In this document: positions 9,001-16,627 of the stretch, one piece after another
How the letters are laid out: the number at the start of each line of letters is the position of its first letter
How positions within the stretch are numbered: position 1 is the stretch's first letter
Assembly: GCA_016840855.1 (NCBI GenBank)
Contig: JAEORO010000121.1
Span: 1 to 33,988 of the forward strand
Reading direction: 5' to 3'
Origin: Candidatus Thorarchaeota archaeon
GTDB taxonomy: Archaea; Asgardarchaeota; Thorarchaeia; Thorarchaeales; Thorarchaeaceae
DNA: 33,988 bases
Position numbers and translations under genes: made by a program
The notes under the pieces: generated by a model
Databases searched by the model: none
What the model was told of the DNA's origin: nothing
Seen by the model: only the letters and a program-made list of their open reading frames with translations

Positions 9001-9567
9001 GCTCCAGAGTGGAGTGGTGTTGATCTCGAAGGTGTAGACATAGAAGTCGTCACAGCCCACAACGACCTCCTCAAATCCGTCCCCATCGAGATGTCCGCCT
9101 GCAACAGCATAGACTGGCTCAGGAAGTGACATGTTCATTTGAACTGCCTTATCTGCTCCAATCACAACGATGCCATAGTCTGTACCTATGAGGATCTCCT
9201 GACCGGAAGCAGCAGTGCCATCGATAGCTGCAATTGCGTGTGGTGTCGAGCCAAGTCTCAGCTTCCACAAGAGTGTGCTATTGTCATCGAAGAGGTACAG
9301 TGTACCATTCTGGGTGACAACCGCAACCTCATCTCGCAGGTCTGCATCGAAGTTGTCAACAACAAGATCCACGACCTGATTTCCTGTCGTGGTCGACCAA
9401 ACAATGGCTGTGTTGAACGGTGCAATCTCTGCGAGTGAGTGCGGAACCTCTTGAGCCTGTGGGCTCGTGATTGTGACGGGCTGTAAGCCTGTATCTGTTG
9501 TCTGGATTTGTAGTCCTGCGAGTGCGCAGACAACCAGTAGGGCTATGATCACATGATAGGTCTTCAT
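3094..9567 (-). CDS. Giant cell-surface protein: signal peptide, FG-GAP/BBS2-like beta-propeller, long TSP3-type Ca-binding repeat array, C-terminal TM anchor
   Basis: N-terminal MKTYHVIIALLVVCALAG; blades with D-x-D-x-D-G-x-x-E-hydrophobic-G motifs; about 1700 aa of D(S/T)DxDGLxDxxE...TDP repeats; C-terminal WIFPVAGLIALAFVGAVGV-KRYR. GGAGG RBS and ATGA overlap with the upstream ATPase. Confidence 0.9.
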   Translation of the reverse strand: MKTYHVIIALLVVCALAGLQIQTTDTGLQPVTITSPQAQEVPHSLAEIAPFNTAIVWSTTTGNQVVDLVVDNFDADLRDEVAVVTQNGTLYLFDDNSTLLWKLRLGSTPHAIAAIDGTAASGQEILIGTDYGIVVIGADKAVQMNMSLPEPVYAVAGGHLDGDGFEEVVVGCDDFYVYTFEINTTPLWSYLSNGKVRLISGADIDADSRTEFVVASDGRRFTLLQDTGTIVFEKTSPTAIRVVAMGNLSFTSNWEMLYGNTNGTLNVWSDTGSLEFKLELGSSISALRVGDLVAGGEHEFALGTASNQLRVYSSSGVLAWNKTMGGQPNDIRFPDIGDTPPNAQVLVGTPNTLTIYNSTGWRVNQLTANGFAGALAIGDLDNFGGQEYAFGTNIGGVSVYGRDYDKDGLADAREIVMEGTLYNDPDSDNDNLNDGQEVLTYGTNPLKVDSDGDKLSDFAEVITFGTNPNAKDSDNDKLTDWQEIYLGTNPNQADTDGDSLTDYEENNVTLTLPTDPDSDSDDINDAQDDNDGDGLTNIQEVRITKTDPNDVDTNGNGISDYYDDQDGDNLANWKEIQLGTGVYDPDSDDDLLSDGYEVKISKTSPLNEDTDGDSLTDYEEVMIVHSNPLKADGDGDGLSDYDEYVVYGTSVSDSDSDDDDLNDGAEVNTYFTDPLNNDTDFDNITDGLEVNYWGSDPNSADTDLDNLNDYLECYVYFTNVTKSDTDGDTLGDGLEVFTYKTNATLVDSDFDLILDPDEVKYRGAPYFWNATNPHTFNATVLDGNWDYDNDTLTNYQEIYLTRTNPTLKDSGGSALTDDLEDSDLDGLTNFEELNVTFTHPRNPDTDGDNVKDGDEYSILGTDPNDEDSNDNGISDYDEDDDGDGLSNGIELYITHTIYNDTDSNDNGISDYNDDEDADLLPNWFEVEMTGTDPLYNDTNDNGTYDWEEDPDNDKLNNLEEFLNDCDPLAADTDSDQLTDGEEVLYTYTDPTDSDDDDDGILDGQDDQDNDGLTNLEELRTYGTNVTLWDTDGDRLRDGLEIDVGLNATDPDSDNDGLYDGWNDTNHNGIYEPLLGERGEDVNANGVVNIGETSPFEPDSDSDGLEDGEEYLYGTNPLKDDTDGDELLDGEEVNDYGTNPLKADSDSDLLSDYVEVELTHTNPNNMWYNATHTDYQIDSDNDLLSNGDEIDVYETNPGDFDSDNDNIGDGYEVLVYFSDPLSSDSDGDGLRDDDELFYGTNINIQDTDGDQLDDYVEVKLLGTNPLLASTYGNGTLDGQLDHDADGLSNALEIYGYHSNVTAPDTDLDGLKDGFEVYVSGTSPTDQDSDNDQLSDYVEYWIYHTDPSGTDSDSDGLDDYFEVYFSITSPTSWDSDGDTLSDGDEWNTYGTNPNSIDTDDDLLSDKLELDIGTDPLLNDTDGDTLSDWEEWILYDTDPTQADKDQDGLNDAEELENGTDWENWDTDFDTISDGDEVNIYKTSPINDDTDSDNIADADELFNSHTDPLMLDTDGDTIPDDLDDQDADGLNNYDEIYLYETNCTMVDTDLDLLSDYAEIFVWETSPTKFDSDDDGLGDWDELFYWSSDPNDRDTDNDGLEDSEEALTWHTLLNNTDTDSDNLTDYDEIKVFETDPLLFDTDGDSLGDGAELNIYNTSPLREDTDNDKLLDGQEINGFYMTFNISGVVSSRWVYTNPRVSDTDKDSLTDFEEVNMTNTDPTLYSTQGNNISDADWDIDGDLLTNQQEIRLTKTDPRMFDTDSDGKNDGADDEDRDLLTNYWECVLTKTDPRDPDSNDNGISDYNDDEDGDTLSNGEECKIYGTDPRNRDTDRDGLYDNEEVEDWGTNPLNKDSDGDGLEDGPEVNTWHTLPDSNDTDSDWLSDYEEVILTGTDPTTNMTHPGTLDRDWDSDSDGLTNWVELRVWHTLPNDPDFDNDDLIDGLEIILGTNINGSDTDFDMLTDGEEYLIYDTDPLLPDSDFDGLSDFEEVMVYDTDPLEEDTDEDRISDYDEVWGINPLGIATDPLEDDMDFDGLSDYRELFETPYSDPTISDSDSDGLNDYQEKTAYFTQPMNNDTDFDLLIDGVEVHTYHTNPREADSDGDGLDDYTEVVVLGTDPNNRDTDGDGIPDGQDFLPTIHWIFPVAGLIALAFVGAVGVKRYRD
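3180..8365 (-). repeat. Coding tandem array of bacterial-type thrombospondin type-3 (TSP3_bac-like) repeats
   Basis: Units of about 22-23 aa (DTDGDGLSDGEE...GTDPLN), roughly 70 by length estimate, diverged at DNA level. Confidence 0.9.
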
Positions 9568-10562
9568 GGTGTGGTTCCTCCTATTTCACCAGGATTGTGT
9601 TTCCAGGGTTTTACCTGGAAATAGTCAAAGAAGTCAGCCTCAACCAGACTGACCTCTTCAAATGGTAGTTTCATTTCGTTGAGTCTCTTGATGATTGGTA
9701 GGATTTGCTCATCTGGGTCATCGATGAAAAGCTTCATCGCATTCCTACCAGCTGGCGCAGTGTACTGAACTCCTGGCAATGCATTGATTCGCCTGATAAT
9801 CTCGGGTGTCATGGCATGCATTACAAGACGGATGCTCTCACCCCTACCCGGGAGTGTTGAGATTAGTTCCTGTGGTGTGCCAAACTGACTCACATCACCT
9901 TCCTCAAGAAGGCATACTCGTGTACAATAATCAACAATCTCAAGGTCATGGCTGATGATGACCATGGTCGTGCCCAGTTCATAATTAAGTTCTTTCAGGT
10001 AGTTAAGGGTTTCATGCCGCAGATGTGCGTCTAAACCTGTGGTGGGCTCGTCAAGTAATAGCACGGGAGGGTTGTGTATCATCCCAAGGCAGATGGACAC
10101 TCTCTTCCGTTCTCCACCCGACAATCTGTCCACTCTCTTTGTGATGAGCTCCTCATCGAATCCTAGGATGGTGAGGATGTTTCTGGCTCGCTTCTCAATC
10201 TCCTTAGGTCTTAAACCGAACATTCGACCGAAGAACTGGGCGTTCTGAAGTGGGTTAAAATCATAATAGAGGCTCAAATGTTCCAGCTGTGGTACATATC
10301 CTACAAGGAGGCTTATCAGTCGAGCCTTTTTCGTGACATCATATCCGCCAACGAATGCCTTTCCATCAGTTGGGCTTATTTGACCGGTAAGCACTCTCAG
10401 CACTGTCGTCTTGCCAGCTCCCGAGGCTCCTATGATTCCCAGAAACTCCCTCTTGTTTGCGAAAAACGATGCTCCTTTCAGAGCGAAGAAATTCCCAAAG
10501 GCTACTTTGAGGTCGATGATGTCAATCTCCCTGTGCGTTTCCTTGGCATCAGGTTTTCCCAC
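9564..10562 (-). CDS. ABC transporter ATP-binding protein (ABC-2/DrrA/GldA-like)
   Basis: Walker A GASGAGKT, Q-loop GYVPQ, signature LSGGE, Walker B LLLDEP, H-loop ISH; C-terminal accessory domain; GGAGG upstream. Confidence 0.95.
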   Translation of the reverse strand: MGKPDAKETHREIDIIDLKVAFGNFFALKGASFFANKREFLGIIGASGAGKTTVLRVLTGQISPTDGKAFVGGYDVTKKARLISLLVGYVPQLEHLSLYYDFNPLQNAQFFGRMFGLRPKEIEKRARNILTILGFDEELITKRVDRLSGGERKRVSICLGMIHNPPVLLLDEPTTGLDAHLRHETLNYLKELNYELGTTMVIISHDLEIVDYCTRVCLLEEGDVSQFGTPQELISTLPGRGESIRLVMHAMTPEIIRRINALPGVQYTAPAGRNAMKLFIDDPDEQILPIIKRLNEMKLPFEEVSLVEADFFDYFQVKPWKHNPGEIGGTTP

Positions 10563-10563
10563 A

Positions 10564-13500
10564 TCACACGCCTCCTACCTTGTCGCTCACGCGATCAAAC
10601 ATCTTGCGTCCTTCCTCAATGTCTTGCATGAGCACACGCAACGCCTCGATCTTCTGAATACGATCAAGGTCTTCTCTCTGTATGAGTTCTTCAAGCTGAG
10701 TGAATGCTGCCAGCAGTGCCATCAACGTGTTGTCAATCTCACGAACAAGATCAGTATCAATCTCCGGAATCCTGAGCCGCTTTCTCATCCTCCTACGGTT
10801 CCAAACTAAATAACCAATTAGTCCACCAAATATGCCAAGAGATGTCAATAGCGCAAACTCAGCCATGGTCAAGAATTGAGTTGTGGGTTCAGTGGGTGGA
10901 GTTGGTTCTAGTTCGTAGAGATAGAAACTTACACTCGCATATGTCATAGCGTATTTCTCATCACCCAAGATGAGGAATATGCCATTGATTTTTCCCTCCC
11001 TTCTCCAGTAACTTGGTGCAAATTGAGAGGAGTAGAGACCATCCTCCACAAAACCTGCAATAAAGAATGTAAGGCTTCCATTAGGTAGCTCATATGCAAT
11101 GGCAACGAACAAGTCATTTACAGGATTTCCATAGTAATCCTTCAAATTCAGATTTACATAGACACTTCGACCAGCTTCATAGTAGATTGTGTCCTCCGAG
11201 AGGCTTGTCGAAGTTGTAAGAGTGTTACGAAGCAAGAATTGATTCAGGTTATCGAGCAGTTTTCTGTTGTTGCACTTCACCAGATTCTTGTTCATGAATA
11301 TTTTAGATGATCCGAATATTGCGAGTTCTGGGTCAGTTGTATCTAGAACAATGACGCTGTTTCCATTGAGTCTGGCATTTGCTTGGGACTGGTTGTTCAT
11401 AATATAGGTGCCACCACCCAACCAGATGCAGTCCAGACCGAGACCCAGAGGTTTGGTTGTTACAATGTCAGTTGTGTTCTCTTCGTCATGACTTCCTGCA
11501 AGGAAATATCCATACTTTGTTAGCAACGGGTTGAGTATAGTCGTATTTGCATTATCATCATTATCGCCAAGAACGACGAGCGTGCCACCATTTTGGGAGA
11601 AGTCCCGTAAAATATCAATCTCTGTCTGATTGAACTCCTCAGTTGGCGCAATTATAAAGACAGTTGAGAAAGTCGTCAATAGACCTTCACTTAGCTCCAC
11701 TCCTGGAGTTTCGATGAGGTCCAGACCGACATCAGCCATTATTTTCTTCATATTTGAGAGACCTGAAAATGTAGTCATTCTGAAGGAGTCGAAGAGACTA
11801 GTGATTGATCCCAGGCTATCGAGATCATTCAAACTAAAGTCCATCCCCACAGAGCTATCATCTACGAAGTCTTCCTGAGCTAATGGAAAACCGAATCCAG
11901 TATCTCCGGTAAGATTTCCAGTGTCACCTAAGCCACCAATGTCTCCCATAAGCGACCCAAATCCACCTCCATGGGATGTATCAAGTAGCATCATCGCTCG
12001 TGGATATTTCAACACTCTTTCGAGTGTGATATTTGTACTCCATCCTAACTCAGTTTCAAGCACATAATCACACCTATGATACCCATCCATTCCAATTGGC
12101 GGAGCCATCAGAAACAGTGAGAAGTCATAGTATCCTTCGATTGTTTCAGCGCTTGTCAAGGACATGTTACCCCACTCTGTCGCATTCCCATAATTTGAGA
12201 TAGTGAGATTTCCTAATGATTCAGTGGTTGATAAGACAAAACTGTAAAGTCCAAAGTCTGCTGGGAATCGAATATCAAATGGGGCAAATGGTAGCTGCTT
12301 TGGAAATACTGATGTTGATGATATCGGAGTTATTATGAATACATCTCGCAGCAAAAAGTCGTCTAGGATTCCGACTCCTGCTGTAAGTAGTAGTTGCGTC
12401 GGATTAGAAACGAGATTCACAATTTGATCTAGTCCTGTGGAAACCGCCCAAGCTGCAGTTCTGATGCCCTCTGTTTCTGGTCGCCAATCTGTGACGAGCA
12501 CCTTTGCTTTGAATGGTTCTATCACATCATATGAGAAGTACTTTCCAAACATAGTTCCCTGATCTGCAGAACCCTCTACCACCAACATGGCTCCTATTGC
12601 TGTGGAATTCTCTTGTCCGATGTTCATAATTACAGCTCTCGATTGATATGTTTCACCTGCTTTAGCTATTCGTGGGACATCAGCTTCTACAACCATTAGG
12701 TCTCCTTGAGATAATGCCCCTGCAGGAATGCCATATTGCCACATGGCATTAATTGAAGCATCAAGAACTGTACGATTTTCTCCGAAGCCCATAGCTATCG
12801 TCACATTAACGAGCTCATCAGCGTCTAGAGTGCCAAAATCCCATTGCATTGCCAAACCAACGTCACCATCAAAAACAGTTGTTCCTGTCAGGTTATTATT
12901 TGACACGTGATTGGCAATATTGGAAGAGTTGCCAACTTCGAAGGCAGAAAGTGGAATACTTGAGTTCATTCCAACGTAAAAGTTGCCGTAACTCTCTGAA
13001 AGACCATATGCGAAAAGCTGCTGGTCATCAAGGTCATATTTACCATGATCTGCTTCACCATCAAGATAGAGGTCCATTGAATACGACACATACAGACTCA
13101 CATTCTCAACAGGGTCACTACCAAGATTGAGGATGAATGGAGTTATTCTGAATGCTGTTAAAGGCAGAGGTGAATAGAATGTGAGATTATATGACTCTAC
13201 CAATAATGTGACATAGATTGAGTCATTGAATGATAATACTCCTACATATCGGTTGTAAGGGACCGTGAGCGACTGTGAAACAACCTGGTGTAACTCTCTT
13301 TTGACATCAAACATCATCAGATTCATCGGGTCTTCGTTGTTCCATTTTAACGAGAACATTCCCATCATCAGGTGAATTCCTGAATCCTGAGGATTTCGTT
13401 GATCGAGGGCTACAAGAGTTGTTCCGAAACTGCTCATCAGCATCGTAGTTGATGCATCTGTTCCACTTGCAGTGACAAGTCCTAATGCAAGAAGAGGTAG

Positions 13501-14946
13501 ACTTGTAGTTCGCGTGTGTGGGTCTCCAGGTGTTTGCTGTGTACTTAGATAGTCGAATGCAGCTTGTAAATTGAGAAGCCCTGCTCCTCCATCATTTGCT
13601 CCATATCCGATTTGAGTCGCAGTATCTCTAAGTACATTCGCTAGGGTTATTGGAGTAGCTCTATCGAAAGCTTGTAGTAGGATTGCTACAGCTCCAGCGG
13701 TGATAGCAGCAGATGCTGCTGTTGTGTCTGCAATTGTATAGTTTTCATCTATAGTTTCACCAAGTGAACCTCCGAGTAATCCTCCGAGTCCTCCTAGGTC
13801 TCCAAGATCACCCAGCGATAGGTCGCCGAAACCAAGACTACTAAGACCAACTCCTGCTTTCGCTCCAACCACGCCAACTCCGGGAGCTACAAGATCTGGC
13901 TTTGTTAATAGTGAGAGAGAGGGGCCTCTCCCTGAGAAATCAGGAATCTCCTGATTTTCTGTGTCATATGCTCCCACGCAGAATGATGCGGCACTTCCTC
14001 CAGGTGACATTACTGTCAAATAGTCTGGTCCATCATCACCTGCTGCAGCTATTACGAGGATGCCCTTGTTGGCAGCAATCTCAATCGCCTCAGAAACCGC
14101 ATCATCAGGCGCACCAAGAGTATTGAATGGGAGCAAGATGATATCAGCGCCACGACTACTTGCCCAATCTATGCCTGACACAATCCAGCTAGGAGCAGCA
14201 AAGAGACCTCCCAAAGTCACCTTCGCAGAGAGCAGAGTCGCACCTGGAGCAATGCCTGCATACACTCCTCCTGACATGTTTCCCGTTCCTGCTGCAACCG
14301 AAGCCGCATATGTTCCATGTCCAACAAGGTCCAAGGGTAATGTGTCTGCCTCTACAAAGGATGCAAACGAAGAAACACTAAAGTCAGGATGGAGGGGGTC
14401 AACTCCAGTATCAAGAACTGCGATGACAGTACCAGTTCCATTATATCCTGCATCCCAAAGGTCTCTCGCTCCAATTCGGTCAATTAGGGGTACATAATCT
14501 TCTGAAGATGATGCCGAAGTCACAATATTTTGCGTTTGTTGAATAGCTGAAACCTCATTTGACCAAATTTTTGTGATGAATGACTCCTTAGCCAAGTCCA
14601 CGATAGAAGAACCTAACATCCTCACATGGAGCATCCCTATTGATTCAAAGGCTTCAATCAATTCCGCAGTTCGGTCTGCAAACAATATTGCATTCTTAGC
14701 TTTGAATGCTCCTACCTGTTCGTCATACCCCACAAGAACATCAGTATACTGGTTTAAGGAGGTCTGGTTGAGTAATGAATCATCAATCTTATCCATCGGT
14801 TCTACCAAATCTGGACTGATTGCAATAGCAGGTGGGAAAACTGATAGTCCACTGACTATAATGATACATACAAGAATGTATGCTACCACTTTCTGGGTCA
14901 GATGCACCATCGTATGTTTCAGTCCAGCCATCAAATCACTTCTCAA
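10564..14946 (-). CDS. Membrane-anchored S8 subtilase-like protein, probably catalytically inactive, with GIFT-like and Ig-like domains, TM and helical cytoplasmic tail
   Basis: IAVLDTG (Asp), GHGT (His), FSGRGP and KPDLVAPG are present, but GTSMA is replaced by TTAAS. Later come LLDTSH...FIIAPTEEF...EIDILRDFSQNGGTLVVLGD...LNPLL (GIFT/DUF4350-like) and the TM FALLTSLGIFGGLIGYLVW-NRRR. True start probably ATG 14931 or 14910. Confidence 0.85.
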   Translation of the reverse strand: MRSDLMAGLKHTMVHLTQKVVAYILVCIIIVSGLSVFPPAIAISPDLVEPMDKIDDSLLNQTSLNQYTDVLVGYDEQVGAFKAKNAILFADRTAELIEAFESIGMLHVRMLGSSIVDLAKESFITKIWSNEVSAIQQTQNIVTSASSSEDYVPLIDRIGARDLWDAGYNGTGTVIAVLDTGVDPLHPDFSVSSFASFVEADTLPLDLVGHGTYAASVAAGTGNMSGGVYAGIAPGATLLSAKVTLGGLFAAPSWIVSGIDWASSRGADIILLPFNTLGAPDDAVSEAIEIAANKGILVIAAAGDDGPDYLTVMSPGGSAASFCVGAYDTENQEIPDFSGRGPSLSLLTKPDLVAPGVGVVGAKAGVGLSSLGFGDLSLGDLGDLGGLGGLLGGSLGETIDENYTIADTTAASAAITAGAVAILLQAFDRATPITLANVLRDTATQIGYGANDGGAGLLNLQAAFDYLSTQQTPGDPHTRTTSLPLLALGLVTASGTDASTTMLMSSFGTTLVALDQRNPQDSGIHLMMGMFSLKWNNEDPMNLMMFDVKRELHQVVSQSLTVPYNRYVGVLSFNDSIYVTLLVESYNLTFYSPLPLTAFRITPFILNLGSDPVENVSLYVSYSMDLYLDGEADHGKYDLDDQQLFAYGLSESYGNFYVGMNSSIPLSAFEVGNSSNIANHVSNNNLTGTTVFDGDVGLAMQWDFGTLDADELVNVTIAMGFGENRTVLDASINAMWQYGIPAGALSQGDLMVVEADVPRIAKAGETYQSRAVIMNIGQENSTAIGAMLVVEGSADQGTMFGKYFSYDVIEPFKAKVLVTDWRPETEGIRTAAWAVSTGLDQIVNLVSNPTQLLLTAGVGILDDFLLRDVFIITPISSTSVFPKQLPFAPFDIRFPADFGLYSFVLSTTESLGNLTISNYGNATEWGNMSLTSAETIEGYYDFSLFLMAPPIGMDGYHRCDYVLETELGWSTNITLERVLKYPRAMMLLDTSHGGGFGSLMGDIGGLGDTGNLTGDTGFGFPLAQEDFVDDSSVGMDFSLNDLDSLGSITSLFDSFRMTTFSGLSNMKKIMADVGLDLIETPGVELSEGLLTTFSTVFIIAPTEEFNQTEIDILRDFSQNGGTLVVLGDNDDNANTTILNPLLTKYGYFLAGSHDEENTTDIVTTKPLGLGLDCIWLGGGTYIMNNQSQANARLNGNSVIVLDTTDPELAIFGSSKIFMNKNLVKCNNRKLLDNLNQFLLRNTLTTSTSLSEDTIYYEAGRSVYVNLNLKDYYGNPVNDLFVAIAYELPNGSLTFFIAGFVEDGLYSSQFAPSYWRREGKINGIFLILGDEKYAMTYASVSFYLYELEPTPPTEPTTQFLTMAEFALLTSLGIFGGLIGYLVWNRRRMRKRLRIPEIDTDLVREIDNTLMALLAAFTQLEELIQREDLDRIQKIEALRVLMQDIEEGRKMFDRVSDKVGGV

Positions 14947-16627
14947 TAGTACCTTGAATCAGACCTCGTGTGATCGCGACATAGTAGTCTACCATGTCTG
15001 CTACTGACTTTGTTTTAACAATCTTAACTGCGATATCCTGGTCTTTTAGAGCTATTACGCATCTCTCAGCAACCACTTCCAAAGGCTCATCCGTGAAGAT
15101 TTTCAGGAGTTCCCCACGCTGAAGCACGAAGCGAACTCCCTTTACAGTTTCTAGAGTTCTTCTTGCTCTCGGGTCAACCTCCTCCAGCACAATGCCAACA
15201 GCAAACCCTCTAGAGGGCATTGACTCCTTTAACGAGGCTGGGCTTCCGAATGCAACTAGGCTCTTACCTCGCATGAATACCGCTACCTTGTCGCAGAACT
15301 CTGCTTCAACAGGATAGTGTGTAATGACTATGATTGAAGTTCCATACTCCTGATTGATATACGAAAGATAACTCCAGAGCTCATTTCGATTATCTGGATC
15401 CAAACCTGATGTGGGTTCATCCATGAGAAGCACTTTGGGCTTATGTGCTAAGGCAATTGCAATAGAAACCCGTCTCTGCTGTCCACCACTTAGTTCTCGG
15501 GTAGCACTATTTCCCTTCTCTAGGACGCCAAAGTCTCTGAGAAGTGTCTTTCCTCTTTGAATGAGTTGCCATTCTGGAATGTCATACTGCTTTCCAAAGG
15601 CAATAATATTCTCGAGAGGTGTGAAGGTTTCGTACATGTACGAAAGGTCCTGAGGGCAGTATCCAAAGAAGTGTCTGACTTTCTGTGTCTGTCTTGAGTC
15701 AATACCCGCGATTCTCGCAACTCCAGTACTAGGAATGTCACCAATTAACGCCTTCACAGTTGTGGATTTCCCTGCACCAGACTCGCCAATGATGGCTAGC
15801 ATCTCCCCTTCTCGCATCGAGAATGAAACATTTTCAATGAGTTTCTTTCCACTCTTGATTGCCACAGTCAGGTTTCTTGCTGCAAGTACATCCCTATACT
15901 CGGGAGCTTGTTTCCAAGCAAAGGGCATTATGTAGACCTTGTTCGCCAGAACTGTGAGGTTTGGATTATAACTGGGTCCAATCAGAAGCTGCGGCTGTGC
16001 AACCATGTAGATTTTTGGATCTCCAACCTCTTCCTCCGGAGCAACTCTTACTTCAAGAGTCCCCTCTGGGAGAATAGGAGATGGTTTAGTTGTTGCACCG
16101 ACAATTGATCCTTTGATCATGATTAAGGTCTTATCAGACCCTCTTCGACCCCATACAGTGCACTCGACTTCTTGGCTCTTCATTTTTTCAAGATCTTTCA
16201 CTGCTTGCTGTAAATCTCGACCATCATAATACAAGTCATCCGCCATATTCCTTTTCAAGTAGTTCTGGACGGTGATTTGTGTCGCAGCTACATCATCCTG
16301 AGATGAGCTCTCTCCGCCCACTGTCAGAACTTTATCAAGCTCTCCTGCTCGTTGCCTTCGAAGATCTTCTTCAACATAGATGGCAATTCTTCGTGTGAGG
16401 ACACCTTTCTTGACTTTCAAGACTCGACCCTTGAACTTCACTTCTTTGCCTGTTGATGTCAGCTTTCCTTCGACCTCGCAGTGCAATTCGCGGGTCTGTC
16501 GAGTGATGCACCAATCAATGGCCTCACCTACTCGAGCTCCTGAGAAGTATGCTTCTTCAACAAAAGCAGGCTTTTCTTCTTCAGGCAAATCTCTACTATC
16601 TGTGTCGAGAATCATCTTCATAATCAC
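14936..16627 (-). CDS. ABC transporter ATP-binding protein with a ~240-aa N-terminal extension (two TrmB C-terminal-like subdomains)
   Basis: Walker A GESGAGKS, GYCPQ, LSGGQ, LLMDEP, ITH. The extension contains EVEGKLTSTGKEVKFKGRV...LTVGG...DDVAATQITV. True start may be ATG 16621 or 16615 after the GGTGA motif. Confidence 0.9.
   Translation of the reverse strand: MIMKMILDTDSRDLPEEEKPAFVEEAYFSGARVGEAIDWCITRQTRELHCEVEGKLTSTGKEVKFKGRVLKVKKGVLTRRIAIYVEEDLRRQRAGELDKVLTVGGESSSQDDVAATQITVQNYLKRNMADDLYYDGRDLQQAVKDLEKMKSQEVECTVWGRRGSDKTLIMIKGSIVGATTKPSPILPEGTLEVRVAPEEEVGDPKIYMVAQPQLLIGPSYNPNLTVLANKVYIMPFAWKQAPEYRDVLAARNLTVAIKSGKKLIENVSFSMREGEMLAIIGESGAGKSTTVKALIGDIPSTGVARIAGIDSRQTQKVRHFFGYCPQDLSYMYETFTPLENIIAFGKQYDIPEWQLIQRGKTLLRDFGVLEKGNSATRELSGGQQRRVSIAIALAHKPKVLLMDEPTSGLDPDNRNELWSYLSYINQEYGTSIIVITHYPVEAEFCDKVAVFMRGKSLVAFGSPASLKESMPSRGFAVGIVLEEVDPRARRTLETVKGVRFVLQRGELLKIFTDEPLEVVAERCVIALKDQDIAVKIVKTKSVADMVDYYVAITRGLIQGTIEK

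Noticed and set aside
3190-9533. Many 60-140 aa alternative-frame and antisense ORFs inside the giant gene
   Set aside because: These are expected by-products of the biased Asp/Thr/Gly codon usage of the repeat array and carry no independent motifs.
13545-14495. The protease as an active sedolisin (S53) because of the AAGD oxyanion Asp
   Set aside because: It has S8-type Asp/His motifs rather than the sedolisin Glu-Asp pair, and sedolisins still require the GTS serine that is missing here.
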